A stretch of 64,000 bases of DNA, from the NCBI RefSeq assembly GCF_009914755.1, contig NC_060940.1. One strand, 5' to 3'. This DNA comes from the human T2T-CHM13v2.0 reference genome, Homo sapiens. Shown here one piece after another: positions 23,339 through 39,283 of this stretch. Position 1 is the stretch's first letter; every line of letters begins with the position of its first letter. The position numbers and the translations under genes were made by a program. The notes under the pieces were generated by a model that ran no database searches, had not been told where the DNA came from, and worked only from the letters and a program-made list of their open reading frames with translations.

Positions 23339-24129
23339 AAGAAAATTAGCCCTGTCCCTCTGCACTTTTGCTAACTTCCCTTCCAGCATGCCTTGGAGAA
23401 CATGTGATTGATTCCCAGGCACGTCAGTTCAGAAGGCATCTGCCAGAAAGTGGCACTGAGGAAGACATTTAATGCAATGCACAGTGTTTCTGTGCAGTAG
23501 GAGATTCTCTAAGTTAGTACTTCTGTTTTATAATGAAATCATCAGCAACAAGAAAGAGTTGTCTAGAACTTTGAAACAAAATGCCTTAGGATTCCAAATA
23601 AATGTTATTTTGACTAATGCATTCATTACTTTATGTACCTACTATGTTCCTGGCATCAGGCCAAGTTGCGGGAGGTTCAAAAGTTAATTGGCCAAAATAC
23701 CTTGAAAAGCTCAAAATGGATCTCATAGGTGAGGCAGATGAATTGTGACAAGTGAGACAAGTGCAATGATAGAAGTGTCTACAGGTGCAACAGTGGTGCC
23801 ATTTTCTCTTTCTCCCTCAAAAATCTTAAAGTTAGCAATAGGTAGAACTTTAACCTGGAGAAGATATGATAGGAAAAGCTGTGGATATCAATTGCTGTCA
23901 TCAGATAGTCAAAGAGGTACCACAGAGAAGGTAAAATAGTATTTCTCTGCATTGCTCAAGAAAGCTTATCTGGTTAAATATCCACAAGAGGTATTTTAAT
24001 TTGAAAGCGGTAGGAACTTTCTCCTAAGTAGGGTATTCCCGTAAGATGCTATCTTCTTTAAGAATTACCAAACTATCCTATTTTTATGCTACAAGTGGCC
24101 AGTCATACATTTTTCCACCTTGCTAGGCA

Positions 24130-24660
24130 TGTTTCTTTGCCATCAGCTCACTTCTTTTGTGAGAACGTCTCTTATTTTTATGCCCTGTGCAGAGACAGGA
24201 GCACTTAGCCATGTTGTACCTCATGATCACACCCCACCCCATCCTAGCTAATTGATCCATGATCAGATCTATAACCCAGGGCCAGGCAATCATTGGCTCT
24301 TTTTCCTGAAAACTTGAATTAAGAGCCAAAGAGACTGTGGTCGTTCAGTCACATGTGTCCAGTTGGTAGACTCATGACTCGTGGCACTGTTGGGCTGTGT
24401 GCATAGAAATATAGCCAGCTCAAAGAGAGGCTGCCAAGAAAACAGGACTATGGCAGAACACAGATGCTAAGAGAGAGAAACAGGACCAAGTAGCTCCTGA
24501 AACTGTGAGTGGGATTTTCATTTCTTCTGATTTCTAGTTCCTATGGCATTGGCTGTGACTCTGAGTTTGCCCATCAAATCCTTAAAATAATCCTTCCTTC
24601 CTTGAGCCAGATTCAGTACATGTCTGTCCCATACAACCAATGATACCTACTCTAACATTA
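24130..24660 (+). mobile_element. Old MLT1 LTR fragment
   Basis: 'aacccagggccaggcaatca', 3' end 'cttgagccagattcag..ctgtcccatacaaccaa'. Confidence 0.45.
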
Positions 24661-25436
24661 CCAAATATAAACAAGTTTATATTTCTCCTTCAAGAATTAA
24701 ACAGCATCTCTACACACTTCTGCCTGCAACCTTAAACAAAATTATCCTTTAATTAAACATCGTTCCTTGAACTTCATTTTTATAATCATTATTATATTAT
24801 CATCCGTTTCTTTTGTTCTTACACATGAAGAATAGTTTGAGAGGATCCAAAAATGCTGAAGTCAGAATCATTTTCCTCCAGAATTGGGAATTACTACTCT
24901 ATTATTACTACTATTTTTATATTATACATGATTATATTATACATTTTATATTATAGAAGTATATTATACATACATTTTTATATTATATATAATACAATGC
25001 CCGACTGATTCTCCTTCTTTAATAAATGCTACACCCTTTTTTCTGAAATTGTGTAGGTTTCTCTCTACATATCTTAATAATTCAAAAATAGCACTAGTAT
25101 ATGTCTCTGTGTGTTTCTTTTCCAAGTCACTGCCTGGCATTTAGTGTCCTCTTTTAACCTAAAGACTCAAGAATTTCTTCATTTGAGGGATTTATCCATT
25201 TGTTCTATTATCACTTTTTTTTTTAACTTTTCTCCCCATCTATGTTTGTTCTTTCTGTAACGCCCATTTGATATCCCATCTCATAGATTTATCCTGTGTA
25301 TCTTCTCTTTCTTCCATAATTTTAATTTTGCTCCTTTTCGCTCTGTATTTTAAGAAAATGTCTATTGTTAAGTTATCAGTTTACTATTTCACTGTTTGGC
25401 TATTTAGTGTTTATAGTCTATTTTTGATTTGGATAA

Positions 25437-25991
<555 letters not shown>

Positions 25992-26122
25992 TAAAAATTT
26001 TATGCACATTTATGAGATTAGTAGTTTAAATTTTTTTAATTTGATCAGATTCAAAAACAAGATTTGTATCTCCTTGGCAGAAATGGAAGACAAATGTAAA
26101 ACATCTAATAAGGTGAAATTGA

Positions 26123-26617
<495 letters not shown>

Positions 26618-29600
26618 TCTAAAGTTTTATTCAAAGAGGGGGCCAGAATAAATGTTTTTAGACATATAAAGATTTAGAGAATTTGACAAGAGATTTTCTT
26701 TCTTAAAGTATTATTAGCAGACATACTATATTAGAAGTTTAGGGCTCCAATTATAAACAGAAAGCTTCACATCCCAATACAGTATGTCTGATAATAATCA
26801 CTTTATTGAGTGTGATCTCTGGACAATTACATTTACATATATTTAATAAAATCATATATCTATATGTGTATATGTACATGCATATGTATGTATATGTGCA
26901 TATATGTGTGTATATATACATATATACACATGACTGTGTTGTTTATATAAAAAGCAATCTGAAGAAAATATGGCAAAATGTTCACATTGCTAGATTTGTC
27001 TGGTTGATGGTGTCAGATATGGTGCTATTTTTCTGTACATTTGAAACATTCTATGTTAAATATTTTTAAATAATTTCAAAATAGAAAGTCAATGAACATG
27101 CCTCGTACAGAAGCATACACTCCAGGCATCTGAGAATATCAGTAGGTGTTCCCTGGCGGGCTCATCAGATCATTGGTGTTGAAGCTGTTTTTTATGCTTA
27201 TCATAGTAATGCTGCCTACAGTGAACTGTTTAAGAAAAAAACAAAGACAATTTTAAAATCAGCCATGCGTCTCTGAGAAATATTTTTCACTATTCGAGCT
27301 TAGGTTTACTTGAGTTGTAAGTCTTTTTACTGTGGGGAAGGGACCAGATTTGGCAGGAGGATTGTTGCAAAAGAATGGTGAGAGAAAAGCAAGTGCTGTC
27401 TCCCCTGGTGAAGGGGGACTATCTTTAACAGTCTCTTTCCTCGGATTCATAAATGGATTTCTGCCTCATCTTGCAGTAAATCTGAGACCAAAAGAATTCA
27501 TAGGGCCTCCTAATGCACGTAATGCAGCATGACTGATGAAATGTGGCAGGCACAACCCAATATCTAGTTTTCTGAAAACCACACTGAAATGAACCATCCT
27601 GGCCAGAAAGTTAAAACAATACACAGACTTGAACAACCACCAAAGTTATTTTCCTTGATTCAGTCGTCTTCTCAGGCACTTTGCAATTTGGATTACAAAG
27701 CACTGTGTATTTTCTGATGGTGGGTGACAGCTACTGTTTATTCCCAGAAACTCAAATTAATGGTTTTGTTAAATCGACTTTCACCACTGCACACATAAGT
27801 CATCCCCTGGGGATCTGTCTAAAGGTCTAAGCCAGTTTCATGTACTTCAAAATGAGTGCTCTTAAGCAAACAGCAAGAAAATTGGTTACCTGAATCTTGA
27901 AAGTAAATTGAGGTGCTGCCTGCAAGGACACAGAAGGGTCAGAAGAAACAGGTATAAAATAAGAACCAACTTCATTGGCCCTTCCCTAGCACAACAATCA
28001 TGTCAGTAGACTGGACCAGTGATTCCAACACAATGGGAAAGGTTGGGATTAAGAAGCGTTCTGTTCCCATTTAGTTCTTTTCCTGTGTCTCTCAGCCTCA
28101 GTTGTTCGATCTGTAACACTGGATTCCAGCTTCCTGTTTAATGATTCCATAGATGAGGATGAAATGCAATTACAAATGGGAAAATATCCGTAGATGACAC
28201 AACACCATAAATGTATACAGTCACCATCTAGATAGTTGGGTGAATGTTTCACATTGGTGGCTTAGACTCAGTGAAAGCAGCATACTGAACTACAATGACT
28301 TCTCAGGGCCTAAGATTGTCATATAAAGTGGTTGTAATCATGTAAAGGCATTATGAGAAGGGCAAGAGAAAATAGCTGCAAAATCACATTGCAAAGTTAA
28401 AAAGATGGGGCAAATATCAGGTGTGGTAATCTTTTATGAGCGTTCTGACAGCATCCTTCTGTCATATGTTGATGAAAGAGACAAAGAAACACCAGTTCTT
28501 AGCAACAATGTCAAGGAAATGACTGTAGGGCTCTGCATGTGGGGCAGATTTGTCTCCATTATTTGGATATTTCAAGGAGAAATTGGGAGAGTTTTTTCTT
28601 ATTTAATTTCATGTGAGTTGCCTGGAAAATTGCCACCATTCTCGATTTCATTTTTTTATTGGGCATTCTGAAATAAAATGATTAACCAGTGTAGGTAGGG
28701 ACTACATGCTCATTTTTGGAGGGATTCTGAAGACAACTTATAAAGGATGCTATAAAGGTTAGGTAATGACACATGTCTTATTCAGGGTGAAAATGTTGGG
28801 TTTTCTTTAGTAATATAAATTCTCCAAATACTGGCCTGCCTAAAAGATTTAAAATTGATATCATCTACTCAAAGATCATAGGAAAGAACACAAATGGGTT
28901 AGACCAAAACCATAGACCTACTTTAAGTGCTCAAAAACCAAGAATGAAAAGTCAAGATTGACAAGGATTTGATTCAGGTTCCAATAAAGCCCTTGCCAGA
29001 GCAATGGAGCAATGGGAGTACAAGGTTAGGGATCTCTGGTCTGCAGGCAGGCACTTAACTCCCACATTTGTGTATTCTCCTGTAAAGTGGAGATAATGCT
29101 ACAGTATTTGCACTTTGCTGTACAAGGCTATAGATGGGAATGTGGTTTCAAAAATATAAAGCCCTGTGGAAATGCAAGTTATCTTCGTTACACTGACAGA
29201 CAATTCAAGAGTGTTTGGTTTCCACCACTCTGTGCTGGTCACCAAAATAATGCGGTAGTCATAACGCAAAAGCAATATTTAGCACTACCCTCCAAAAGAA
29301 ACTCTGGACTGGCAATATTTTGCATGCTCTTACACAGAGTCCTCAACCAGGTGTGTCCACAGTTCTCGGGGAAGTCCATGGATTCACTTCAGTGGAGTCT
29401 CTGTTTCCTCTAAAGTTCTATCATATATGTGCGTTTATTTATATGTGTATGTGGTCAGTATGTGTGTGTGAATGTGAGTGTGCACACAGAGTTTCATCAA
29501 AGTACCAAAGGGATCCATGCCTCTCTTCATGAAAAGCATCACCTCCTTTTGGTAGTTACACATCCTCTACATAATCTGTATTTCATTGTAATTGTTCCCA

Positions 29601-32600
29601 TTTTTATAAGGAAAAATAGCCTGCAATGTATTTAGACTGAACAGCCTATTCTCAGACAATGTATTCCCTAAACATAGTCATTTACTCAAAGGTTGTCATT
29701 TCTTTAAATTTCTGTTCTGTGTACTCCCTTTTCTGGCAGGCATTGAAATAGTGTATTTCAATGAAGGTTGAGGGTTGACTCTGAAGGCCAAGATGCAAAC
29801 CTGGCAAGCAGAAGGCTTGTGGTTTTGATAAATCCCGAGCCATTGTTTGATAGGAAAAATGATCATAATGTGTTCAGTAGGAAAAATAGCAGGCCACAAA
29901 TATTAAAGCTAAAGACTTTCATTGCAGCCTTGATGCAGACTGGCCAATGGACAGTATCTCACCCTCAACTGCCTTATTACCTAGTTGGTTGAGAGTTTCC
30001 TGATAATTCTCAGAACATAATAACCCTTCCAGTGATGGCAACAGACTCTCTCTTCCACAGCTGCTGCATCAATGGTAGTCATCTCTAAGTGGTGTGGAGG
30101 ACTCTACCACATCACAAACAAATCTCAACCCAAATCTGTTGAAGTGCTTTGTTTGGTTCATGGATTCTCAATTCAATTCTAATGACATTTGTATGCTCCC
30201 AATATCACAACATTGATATCTAAATTTCCTTTGGTTCCTAAATACTAGGATTGCCATGTTTGCTGTAAGAAGGTATATGTTGCCTTCTATTTTCATTTGG
30301 TAAATAATACATTTTTGTTAAACAAGGCTGATTGCCATAGAAGCAGCTGAGCTCAAACAATAGATACAAAGCTTGAAATGTAGTGATACTAAAGATCTAA
30401 CCATCAGCACAGTGAGAACTTCTTGTTCTTGATCATGATAATCAAAACCAACCTTGCCAAGGCTTCTTAAAGTAAAAAGGGCTGGATAAAATGCCATTGT
30501 CTGATTCTTTTGTTTTATAGGGTAATATGCAAAATCTTCAGCTTTTCCTAAGCAGTATATAAATGTCCTCAAAATTCTACCCTTTAGCATAATGGAATAT
30601 TTTGATGCTTTTATAGTGTTTTGTTTTGTTTGTTCATTTTTGTTTTTTGCATTCAGTACTATTTACAACTTTTACTAAAAAAAAAAAGCTTTAAAAAAAC
30701 TTCCATAAAACTTGCTCACCAACTTATGAGTAGGGTTACTTTAAAAAAGAAATCGGAGGCTGGTGGTTAATAATGTGCCTGCCTTAAAGCTTAACAAAAT
30801 AACTTCCCATCGAGTATCTGTAAATTAATGACTAATCCAACTTTTAACACAAGTTCACTAGAAACAAATGTTTTACATATACATGGCAATCAATAAAGAA
30901 GACAAAAATATACGGATGTGTTTAATCATTTATTTCTTAAATTCCATCATGTGTGTTGGTGTTTGGCATGCAAATACCATGGTTTGTTGTGAAAATATAA
31001 CATACGTGAATTGAATTCATGGCCAAAATAGCAAACAAATAGTTGTTTTCATGTTTTAATGTTTAACAATAGTATTCATATTTTTAAATATAAATATATG
31101 TCTATGTGAGTGGATATACATATGTGAACATTCAGACACAGACATTTTAATCTTGAATCTTTTGTTTTTATTTAAAAAAAATCAAAAAGTTAGTTAACAT
31201 CTCAAGTTTCAATATCAGATTTTTACAGCCAGAATGCAAACAGCAAGGGGGTTAAAAAGCAGTTACTTCTTGTATGTGTTTGCCTCAAAAGCATCTTCTC
31301 TAGAGCTGACCCCATTGGCTAAAACCTTCTTCTTTTGTGCATTGTTCTTGATTTGGTGTGTCACCTGTCTCTTGTTTGTCTATAGATTAGCACAAAAATG
31401 TCATTGCAAACTAAGTGAATAGGGCACAGCCTCAGCACCTGCCACTTTTAAAACTCTTTAGAAGATTCCCTTGTTTATTTTGTAGGCACCCAGGGGGGCA
31501 CTTAAATAACTGCATTGAAACAAACAATACTGGTGATGATTAAGGAGGCTTTTCACATGAAAATTCACTTCAGAAAAATGTTTTGCAGATGTACTGAAGA
31601 AAACTGTATCACTAAGAACCACTCAAAATACTTTGGTGGACCAAAACACCTTTATATTTCTTCTGGCAACCTGCCAAGTTCACTGCCGGCTTGAAAAGAA
31701 TTCTATAGCTGGAGGCTAGAGCAGAAACTGCAATGATTTAAAAGAGAATTGGCTACAGTAAGAACGATAATGCCCTATATCGTTAAAATGCAACTGGCAT
31801 CTCAGTCTCCCTACAGCTCTTTGAAAATGTGCTTACTCTTCAACTATTTACAAGGAAAAATGCGGAGACAATTGAAATCATAGGAAATAAAAATTATTTT
31901 AAACGGCTGAGAAGTATTTGCCAAATGATTTATCAGTAGTGCTTATAAAATAATGGCATGTTCTCAACTGTTAAATGAGTAAGAAATCCATGCAGAAATT
32001 CTGCTCATTATGAAACTCACCCACCAAACACAAACCATTTTCATGATGCCCTAAATTAATTAATGCCGACTGTAAACACAAAAACAGTTGGCTGAAAATT
32101 AAGATGTGAACACAAACGGACACCGTTCTGATATGATTGGTGTATCTTAGCATTTGACAGAAACAAAGAGACCTTTGGTTACTTTTCTGGGTGATTATGG
32201 AGAATGAATATGTGGTCTGGCAAGCTAAGGAAAATCACAGAGTCCATGGACCAAATTAAAAGGTATCTCTTCAGCGTTTGTACAAAAACCAACAGGAACA
32301 TCTGTCCAGTAGTTTAGATTATAATAAGCCACAAAGACACACGTATAAATTCAGTATTCAACACATTATACAAAATCCATTATTATTTTTTCTTTATGTA
32401 AAAAATAAGTAGAATTCTTCTTTCAGTTGAATACAAATACCTCTCCATTTAAATTTGCTCTCGTGAATACACAAAAGTCAATGTGGGAGTCAAGAGTAAT
32501 TTGCAAGGAAACTCAACATGGGAACTGTGGAGAGGAAGCAGTCGGTTTAGCAGACCAATCTTTCAATGCATGTCAAAACTTAAATAAGCCGTGCTGGCAC

Positions 32601-32989
32601 CTGGCCTCAAGGGGCTTAAGGCACAAGGGCATAATGTAAATATATGGTATCAGCCAAGGTTATTGACTCCTCTCATAGAGGTATGTCTCAAGTGTAGTGG
32701 GAAGATTGACATGGAAACATTTTCTAAAAGCCTAAATGTGTACAATCAGATAAAAACTCATGGAGTGGGACTTTTGCAGCTCTAATCCAGACACCACATT
32801 TCAATCCCCAATAGCCATGCCCATCTTTACAGTCAAAAAAGAATAGTTCTCAGTTATACCTGCCACTAATTACTGACTTCTTTCTTTGCTGTGCAAACAA
32901 AAAATCACCGGTGACATATGACAAAGTCTTGACTAAAATAACCTATCACTGAGAATTTAATTCAATTATGTTTACTGTTTTATCCTCTC

Positions 32990-33790
32990 CTGATGGTTTC
33001 AAGTTCCATCAATATGCTAAATCTGTATTTACAGGCTGAACCTGCTTCCTGAGTTCCAGACGCCTAAATGTGATCTCCTTGATTTCTAGATGAGTCTCTC
33101 CTGCCTCCAACTCAACAGTCCTTGTAGAACTCATCATCTCCTTTAACCTTACATAAACCTGAGCACATCCTCCATTAACTAACCACGCAGTTACACGAGG
33201 CCAAGCATTGAGTGTCATTCCTGGCTTTCCCTTCTATACAGTTCCCGCAATTATATCCAATCAATCCACTGAATCTAGTCCTGTTGATTCTACCTTCTTA
33301 GTACCTTTCAAATATATCCTTGGCCTCCATCCCTATCCCAGTATCCTAGTGTTCAGGGCACCATTGCCTTTCATTAGATTGCCACAGGAGTCTCCTCACC
33401 TGATTCTCAACTGCTACCTTGTCTGCACATAAAACAGCTTTACAATAGCCAAAATGATCCTTCTAAATTTAAATTTTGATTTCTGCACTACCCTGCTTGA
33501 AACCTCACAAAGGCTGCCCACTGGCCATATGACAACACATAATCATAATCTAGTTTCTAAATATCACTTCAGATTGTTCTCCTCCCAGGACCCAGGGGAC
33601 ATTCCAAAATAATGCATTCTTTCAGGCTCTCAAAAGAACCACTTCCAGGCGAGTCCTTCTCTCACTTCATTGCTGACTAACTCCGCAGCTCCTTGGAATT
33701 TAGTATAGCTATTACCTCTTTCCAGAGCTGTTTGCTGGCACCCCAATGGCTGCCCTAGGTCCTATTTTCCTGTGCTTACTAAGATCTTAG
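32990..33790 (-). mobile_element. L2 LINE fragment (continues ~35095-35250 after Tigger1)
   Basis: Pyrimidine-rich L2 motifs 'tcctgagttccagac', 'gattctaccttc', 'gccaaaatgatccttctaaa'. Confidence 0.6.
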
Positions 33791-33794
33791 CATA

Positions 33795-35089
33795 CAAGCA
33801 CATGTCGTTTCATTGCACTTCACCTTATTGAACCTTGTGGATATTGTTTTACTGTGTTGTCTATCAGTGCCATATTTTCAACAGCACATGCTCACACATG
33901 TCTCTATATCACATTTTGTTCATTACCACAACATTTCAAACCTTTTTATTATTATTATAACCATTGTGGTGATCTGTGATGAGTGATCTTTGATGTTACT
34001 ATTATAATTGTTTTGGGGTGCCACAAACCTCACACATATAAAACAATGAACTTAATTGATAAATTTTATGTGTGTTCTGACTACTCTACTGACCAGCCAT
34101 TTCCCCATCTCTCTCCCTCTCCTCGGGCTTCCCTATGCCCTGAGCCCATACATCAAGTCAATTTTGACTTTCAAGTTTTATTATTTTAGAAATACGTTTC
34201 ATAAGGCTACAGCTGCCATACATAGATAGTGATTCCTCTATGGATCTGGGCAAAGTTAATTGAAAACTCCCTGGAAAGGATTCAACATTCCAGATGTCAT
34301 TAACAACAGTTATGATTCATGGAAGGAGGTGAAAATATCAACATTAGCAGGTGTTTGCAAGCAGTTGATTCCAATCCTCATGGATGACTTTGAGGGTCTC
34401 AAGACTTCAGTGGAGAAAGTAACTGCAGATGTGGTGGCAATAGCAAGAGAAGTAGAACTAGAAGTGGAACCTAAAGATGGGAATGGATTGCTGTAATCTC
34501 ATGATAAAACTTGGAAGAATGAGAAGTTTTATCATGAGATAAAATAGAAGCTACTATGAATGTTGTTGAAATGACAATAAAGGATTTATAATATTACATC
34601 ATTAGTTAATAAAGAAGTAGCAGTGTTTGAGAGGATTGACTTGAATTTTAAAAGAAATTCTACTGTAGGTAAATGCTTTCAAACAACATTGCATGGTACA
34701 GAGAAATCTTTTGTGAAAGGAAGAGTCAATGGATATGGCAAACTTTATTATTGTCATATTTTTAAAACTTGCCACAGCTACCCCAATCTTCAGCAACCAC
34801 CATCCTAAATAGTCAGTGATCAATATTGAAGCAAGACCTTTCCACCAGCAGAAAGATCATGATTCACTGAAGGCTCGGATGATAGTTAGCATTTTTGAAC
34901 AATAAAGTATTTTAAAGTATTTATGTTTTTAGACATATACTATTGCACATGTCATAGACTACAGTATGGCGTAAACATAACTTATACTCACAGAGAAACC
35001 AAAAATATTTACGTGACTTATTTTATCACAATATTTGCTTCATTACAGTGGCTTGGAACCAGGACCCACAATATCTCCAAGGATGCCGG
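33795..35089 (+). mobile_element. Tigger1 DNA transposon, internally deleted
   Basis: Both termini present (caagcacatgtcgttt...; ...aatatctccaaggatgccgg) with TA flanks; transposase remnant in ORF 34260-34496; jump at ~34143 from the 5' region into mid-transposase. Confidence 0.88.
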
Positions 35090-35380
35090 TATATCCCACT
35101 TCATTTCAATGACCCACTTACTGAGTTACATTCCATACTACATTATCAATGCCTCCAAGTCAGAGACTATGTCTTACTTTTGTTTGTATGTCTAGTTGCT
35201 AGAATAGTTCTGAGTGCACAGTAGGTGATGAGGTTTATTTTGATGTTGAACAAATATGTACAACCTGCAAAGATATTTTTACTCAGTGCTTTATCCATTC
35301 AGATTTTGCCCTCATGAATCAAAACTGTAGTTATAAATATAAATAAATGTATAAATGCATATATATGTGTGTGCATACAA

Positions 35381-35605
35381 TCAGTTGGCCCTCCATATCT
35401 GTGGATTCCACATCCTCTGATTCAACAAACTGGATAAAAAGTATTTTTAAAAATCAATAAAAAATACAAGCTAATAAAAAATACAGTATAACATCTATTT
35501 ACATAGCATTTGCATTGTATTAGGTATTCTAATTAATCCAGAGATGATTTAAATTATGGGGGAAAATTTATGTAGATTATGTTCAAATACTATGCCATTT
35601 TATAT
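35381..35605 (-). mobile_element. MER2 (TcMar-Tigger) fragment
   Basis: 'cagttggccctccatatctgtggatt...tacatagcatttgcattgtattaggtatt..gagatgatttaaa'; followed by a (CA/TA)n tract. Confidence 0.8.
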
Positions 35606-36168
35606 ACACACACACATATACACACACACATATACACACACATACACATACATACAGATACACATACATATATATTTATAACTACCTATATATTTATTTA
35701 TGTTTATGACTACAGTACATCATATTTACATAAAAAACTCTGGGCAGAATAATAACTATGGAAACAGAAATGGTAAGTATAATAAATAGGCCAAAACACA
35801 ACAAAAGGCCCCAGGAATACAGAAGGAATCATCAATCACCACGTTTCACAAAGACGAGCAAATATAAAGAGTCTCAAAGTACTACTTAGACTAGGTAACT
35901 TGCAACTTAAAATTCCACCACTGAAGATTGCTGCTTCCAGATAGAACATGACTACTCCCAGGAATTATTTGTAAAATGTAAATACTCTTAGGAAACAGGC
36001 TCCATTAAGTCTCCAGATATCTTAACGCTAATTAGTTATGGAATCTCCTTCTGCTGTAATGGAGAATCCTGGGAGTCGGGGTTGAGTCTAGAGAAGACAA
36101 CAGAAGCAGGCTTCGCCTCCTTCATCATTGTATCCAGAACTGTTTACATCAGGGCCCTGTGCTTGCTA

Positions 36169-36331
<163 letters not shown>

Positions 36332-36359
36332 AATTGAGAACCAACAAAAGATTGTTACT

Positions 36360-36920
36360 TTGTTTCAGCTTTATTGAGGCCTAACAGAAGTACACTAAAT
36401 TGCATCTACTTAACATGCACCATGCGATGGGTTTATTTTTAATTTAATTTTAAGTCCCAGGATACATGTACAGGAAATGCAGGTTTGTCACAAAGGTAGA
36501 CGTGTGCCATGGTTGTTTGCTGCATCTATCTACTCATCACCTAGGTATTAAGCCCTACATACGTTAGCTATTTATCCTGATGCTCTTCCTCACCGCAACC
36601 CCCAACAGGCCCCAGTGTGTGTTGTTACCCTCCCTGTGTCCATGAAATATGCATACACCTGTGAAAGCATCACCACAATCAAGACATTTTTACCCCCCCA
36701 AAAATTTCCTTGTGCCCCTTTATAATCCATCCTTCCCTCCGCCTTAGCCTGTGCAACTATTGATCTGATTTTTGTCACTCTAGATGAATTTGCACTTTCT
36801 CAAATTTTATGTAAATGGAATCACAGAGTATGTGCTCTTTTTGGCAAAGCTTCTTTCACCCATCATAAGAATTTTGAGATGTATCCATGTTGTTGTGTGT
36901 GGCAACAAACTTTTTACTTC
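36360..36920 (-). mobile_element. L1M 3' end interrupted by an L1PA 3' fragment (36432-36644)
   Basis: L1M 'cagctttattgagg..catcaccacaatcaagac..gtaaatggaatcacagagtatg'; inner L1PA 'gatacatgtacagg..cacctaggtattaagcc..aggccccagtgtgtg'. Confidence 0.75.
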
Positions 36921-37989
36921 ACTAAAGTGATGATATCTTTTAAACCATTCTTTCTACTATCATAATCATTTTGTAAAAGAGAAGGCCTTTTAACCATCAA
37001 AAAAGAGAGGATGTGTCCTCCAAGTAAGAACAGTTGTTCTCCAGAATGAGAAATTGGCAATGTCATGCTGACAAAGAGGGGGAGTCCCTAGGTAAAATAG
37101 TATAAACCTCATCACCCAAGGCCAGTCCTTCTCCTGGCCATGAGAGGGGAAGCGCTGCCCCTCACAAAGCCTTATATGCCTCATTCAGGGAGGGAGAAAA
37201 GCAGTCCCTCTTGAGACCTGTTTCCATGGTAACCAGTGAGCAATTGACAATGTGGCTGCAGTTGGGCCTCCTTGAAGGGGAAAAATCTTCAACAGGAACC
37301 AGGCCACTGAGAGATGGAAGAAAGGACAGCTCATACCCAAACCTCACGAGGAGGCTACAGGAATCACTGGACAGTTCCTTTATTGGGAAAGCCCCCAGTG
37401 ACTTTCCAATGAAATGGATAGAGAAGGGAAAAGAGACCCTTCGGAATCAGATGAGTCCATGAACTGGCAGCAGTCAGGGCAGTGATGACATCACAGAAGG
37501 AGGATGGGCCTTAGACAGACATCACTCTTTAGAATCCCTGCAACTTTGAGCAAGTTCGTGAATCTCACTAAGGCTCAGTTTCCTCCATAAAATTAATCAA
37601 TATCAGGGCCTCTGCATTGGACAACTCCAGAGGGCACCATTGGGGTTATACCTTGTGTTTGCCTAACCTTCATTGCAGTGGGCAGGTGCATGCTTTCTAC
37701 AATGTCCTAAGGTCTAAAGGGGTAGAGTTCTGTGTGTGGCATTTTAGGCCTGGAAAGGATGAGAGTCTACAAAACCAGAGAAATACTGCAGGTGAGTGAG
37801 GGGCTAAGATCCAGATGCCCCCTGCCACATTGATCCTCTCCAAGACAGGAGGCCCCAGATCCCCAGATCTGAAGCCCTTTTTAAGAGCAAGAGTATCAGC
37901 TGATGAATTTCATGCATTGCACACCGTGACTCCCAAGATGGTCTGTCAGATCTCCAGGTTCTGGAGGTTGGAGGTTCCGCTCAGTGACA

Positions 37990-38190
37990 GCCTGGCGGTA
38001 CAGCATACCCAGGTTCAAATCCCAGATCTACCACTTAATAACTAGGTAATCTTGGATGGATTACTTAACCTTCTTAAGCCTCATTTACCTCGTGATAATT
38101 TATTTTATAGAGTTGCTGAAAGAATCAATGTGAAAATGTACATAAAGTGTTTAGCAAATACAGTAGTGCTCAATAAATGTCAGCTTTGTT
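37990..38190 (+). mobile_element. MIR SINE
   Basis: 'ggttcaaatcccag..ccactta..ttacttaaccttct.agcctca', 'gctcaataaatgt'. Confidence 0.7.
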
Positions 38191-38480
38191 GTAACTCTTC
38201 AGATTTTCCCTGGGCAAAGTAAAAGCTTTCTTGGAGCCTTTCTCTTAATCAGTCCTGCCTCAAACATCCCTTCTGCTGAAACAAGCTGTGATTAATCCAC
38301 TGTAGACCCGACACTCCACTAAATGGGGCACAGTGCAGAGGTCCGTAATGAGGATCTTTTTAAAAGTAAAGCATATACATCAGTCTCAACACTTATAAAC
38401 ATCAGAATTACTTGGAAAGGAGGTTTACAAAAATGCAAATGACATTTTGGAAAGCCTAATTCAGTAGGTTAGTTTAGAGC

Positions 38481-39283
38481 TGTGATATTGTGATTTATAA
38501 TAAATATATATTTGCTCTTGGTCTCTATTCCTGGCACAGAGCTCCTAAAGTCCTTGGAATGTCCTAAGTGGTGAGTTTATGCTAAAGAGGTAACTTTTGG
38601 AAAACCTCTAAGGATGGGGGGCTGGTTGCCAGGGGAGCCAACCATGTGATTAGAAGGTTGGAACTTTCACCACCCACCACCCTGACCTCCAGGGAAGGGA
38701 AAGTGGCTGGAAGTTGACTTAATTTGCAATGGGCAATGATTTCATCAATCACGTCTATGTAATGAAGCCTCCACAAGAAAAAAATCTTAACAGAAGACCT
38801 TCAGAGAGCTTCCAGGTTGCTGACCACATGGAGGTCATGCCCAGAGAGGGTGTGAAAGCTCCACACCCCTTTTCCATACCTTGCCCTACTTATCTCTTCC
38901 ATCTGGCTGTTTCTAAGTTGCATCCTTTATATTAAAGCAATAATGTTGTAAATGAACTTTCTCTGAGTTCTGTGACCCATTCTAGCAAATGGTCAAACCC
39001 AGGAGGGAATGGTATGAACCTCTGGTTTACAGCCATTGGTAAGAAGCACACATGACAACCTGGACTTTCCATCAACATTTGAAGCGGGAGCAGTCTTGTG
39101 GGATCAAGCTCTTAACCTGTGGGGTCTGCTACTAACTCTGGTAAGTGTCAGAATTGAATTGAATCATAGAAAACCCAGTTGGTGTCCATAGCAAATTGGT
39201 GTGGACCCTACACGTTTGATCACAGAGGTATTCTGTGTTGAGTGTGCATATAGACAGAAGAAAAGTTTGTTCTTCCCTATTCA
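38481..39283 (+). mobile_element. MER21-family LTR inserted into a MER5 element
   Basis: tgtgatattgtgattta...'ggctggttgccaggggagccaaccatgtgattaga'...tattca; MER5 halves at ~38380-38480 and ~39295-39372; orientation not certain. Confidence 0.75.

Noticed and set aside
34260-34808. Domesticated Tigger transposase
   Set aside because: The N-terminal coding part is deleted and the remaining frames are broken
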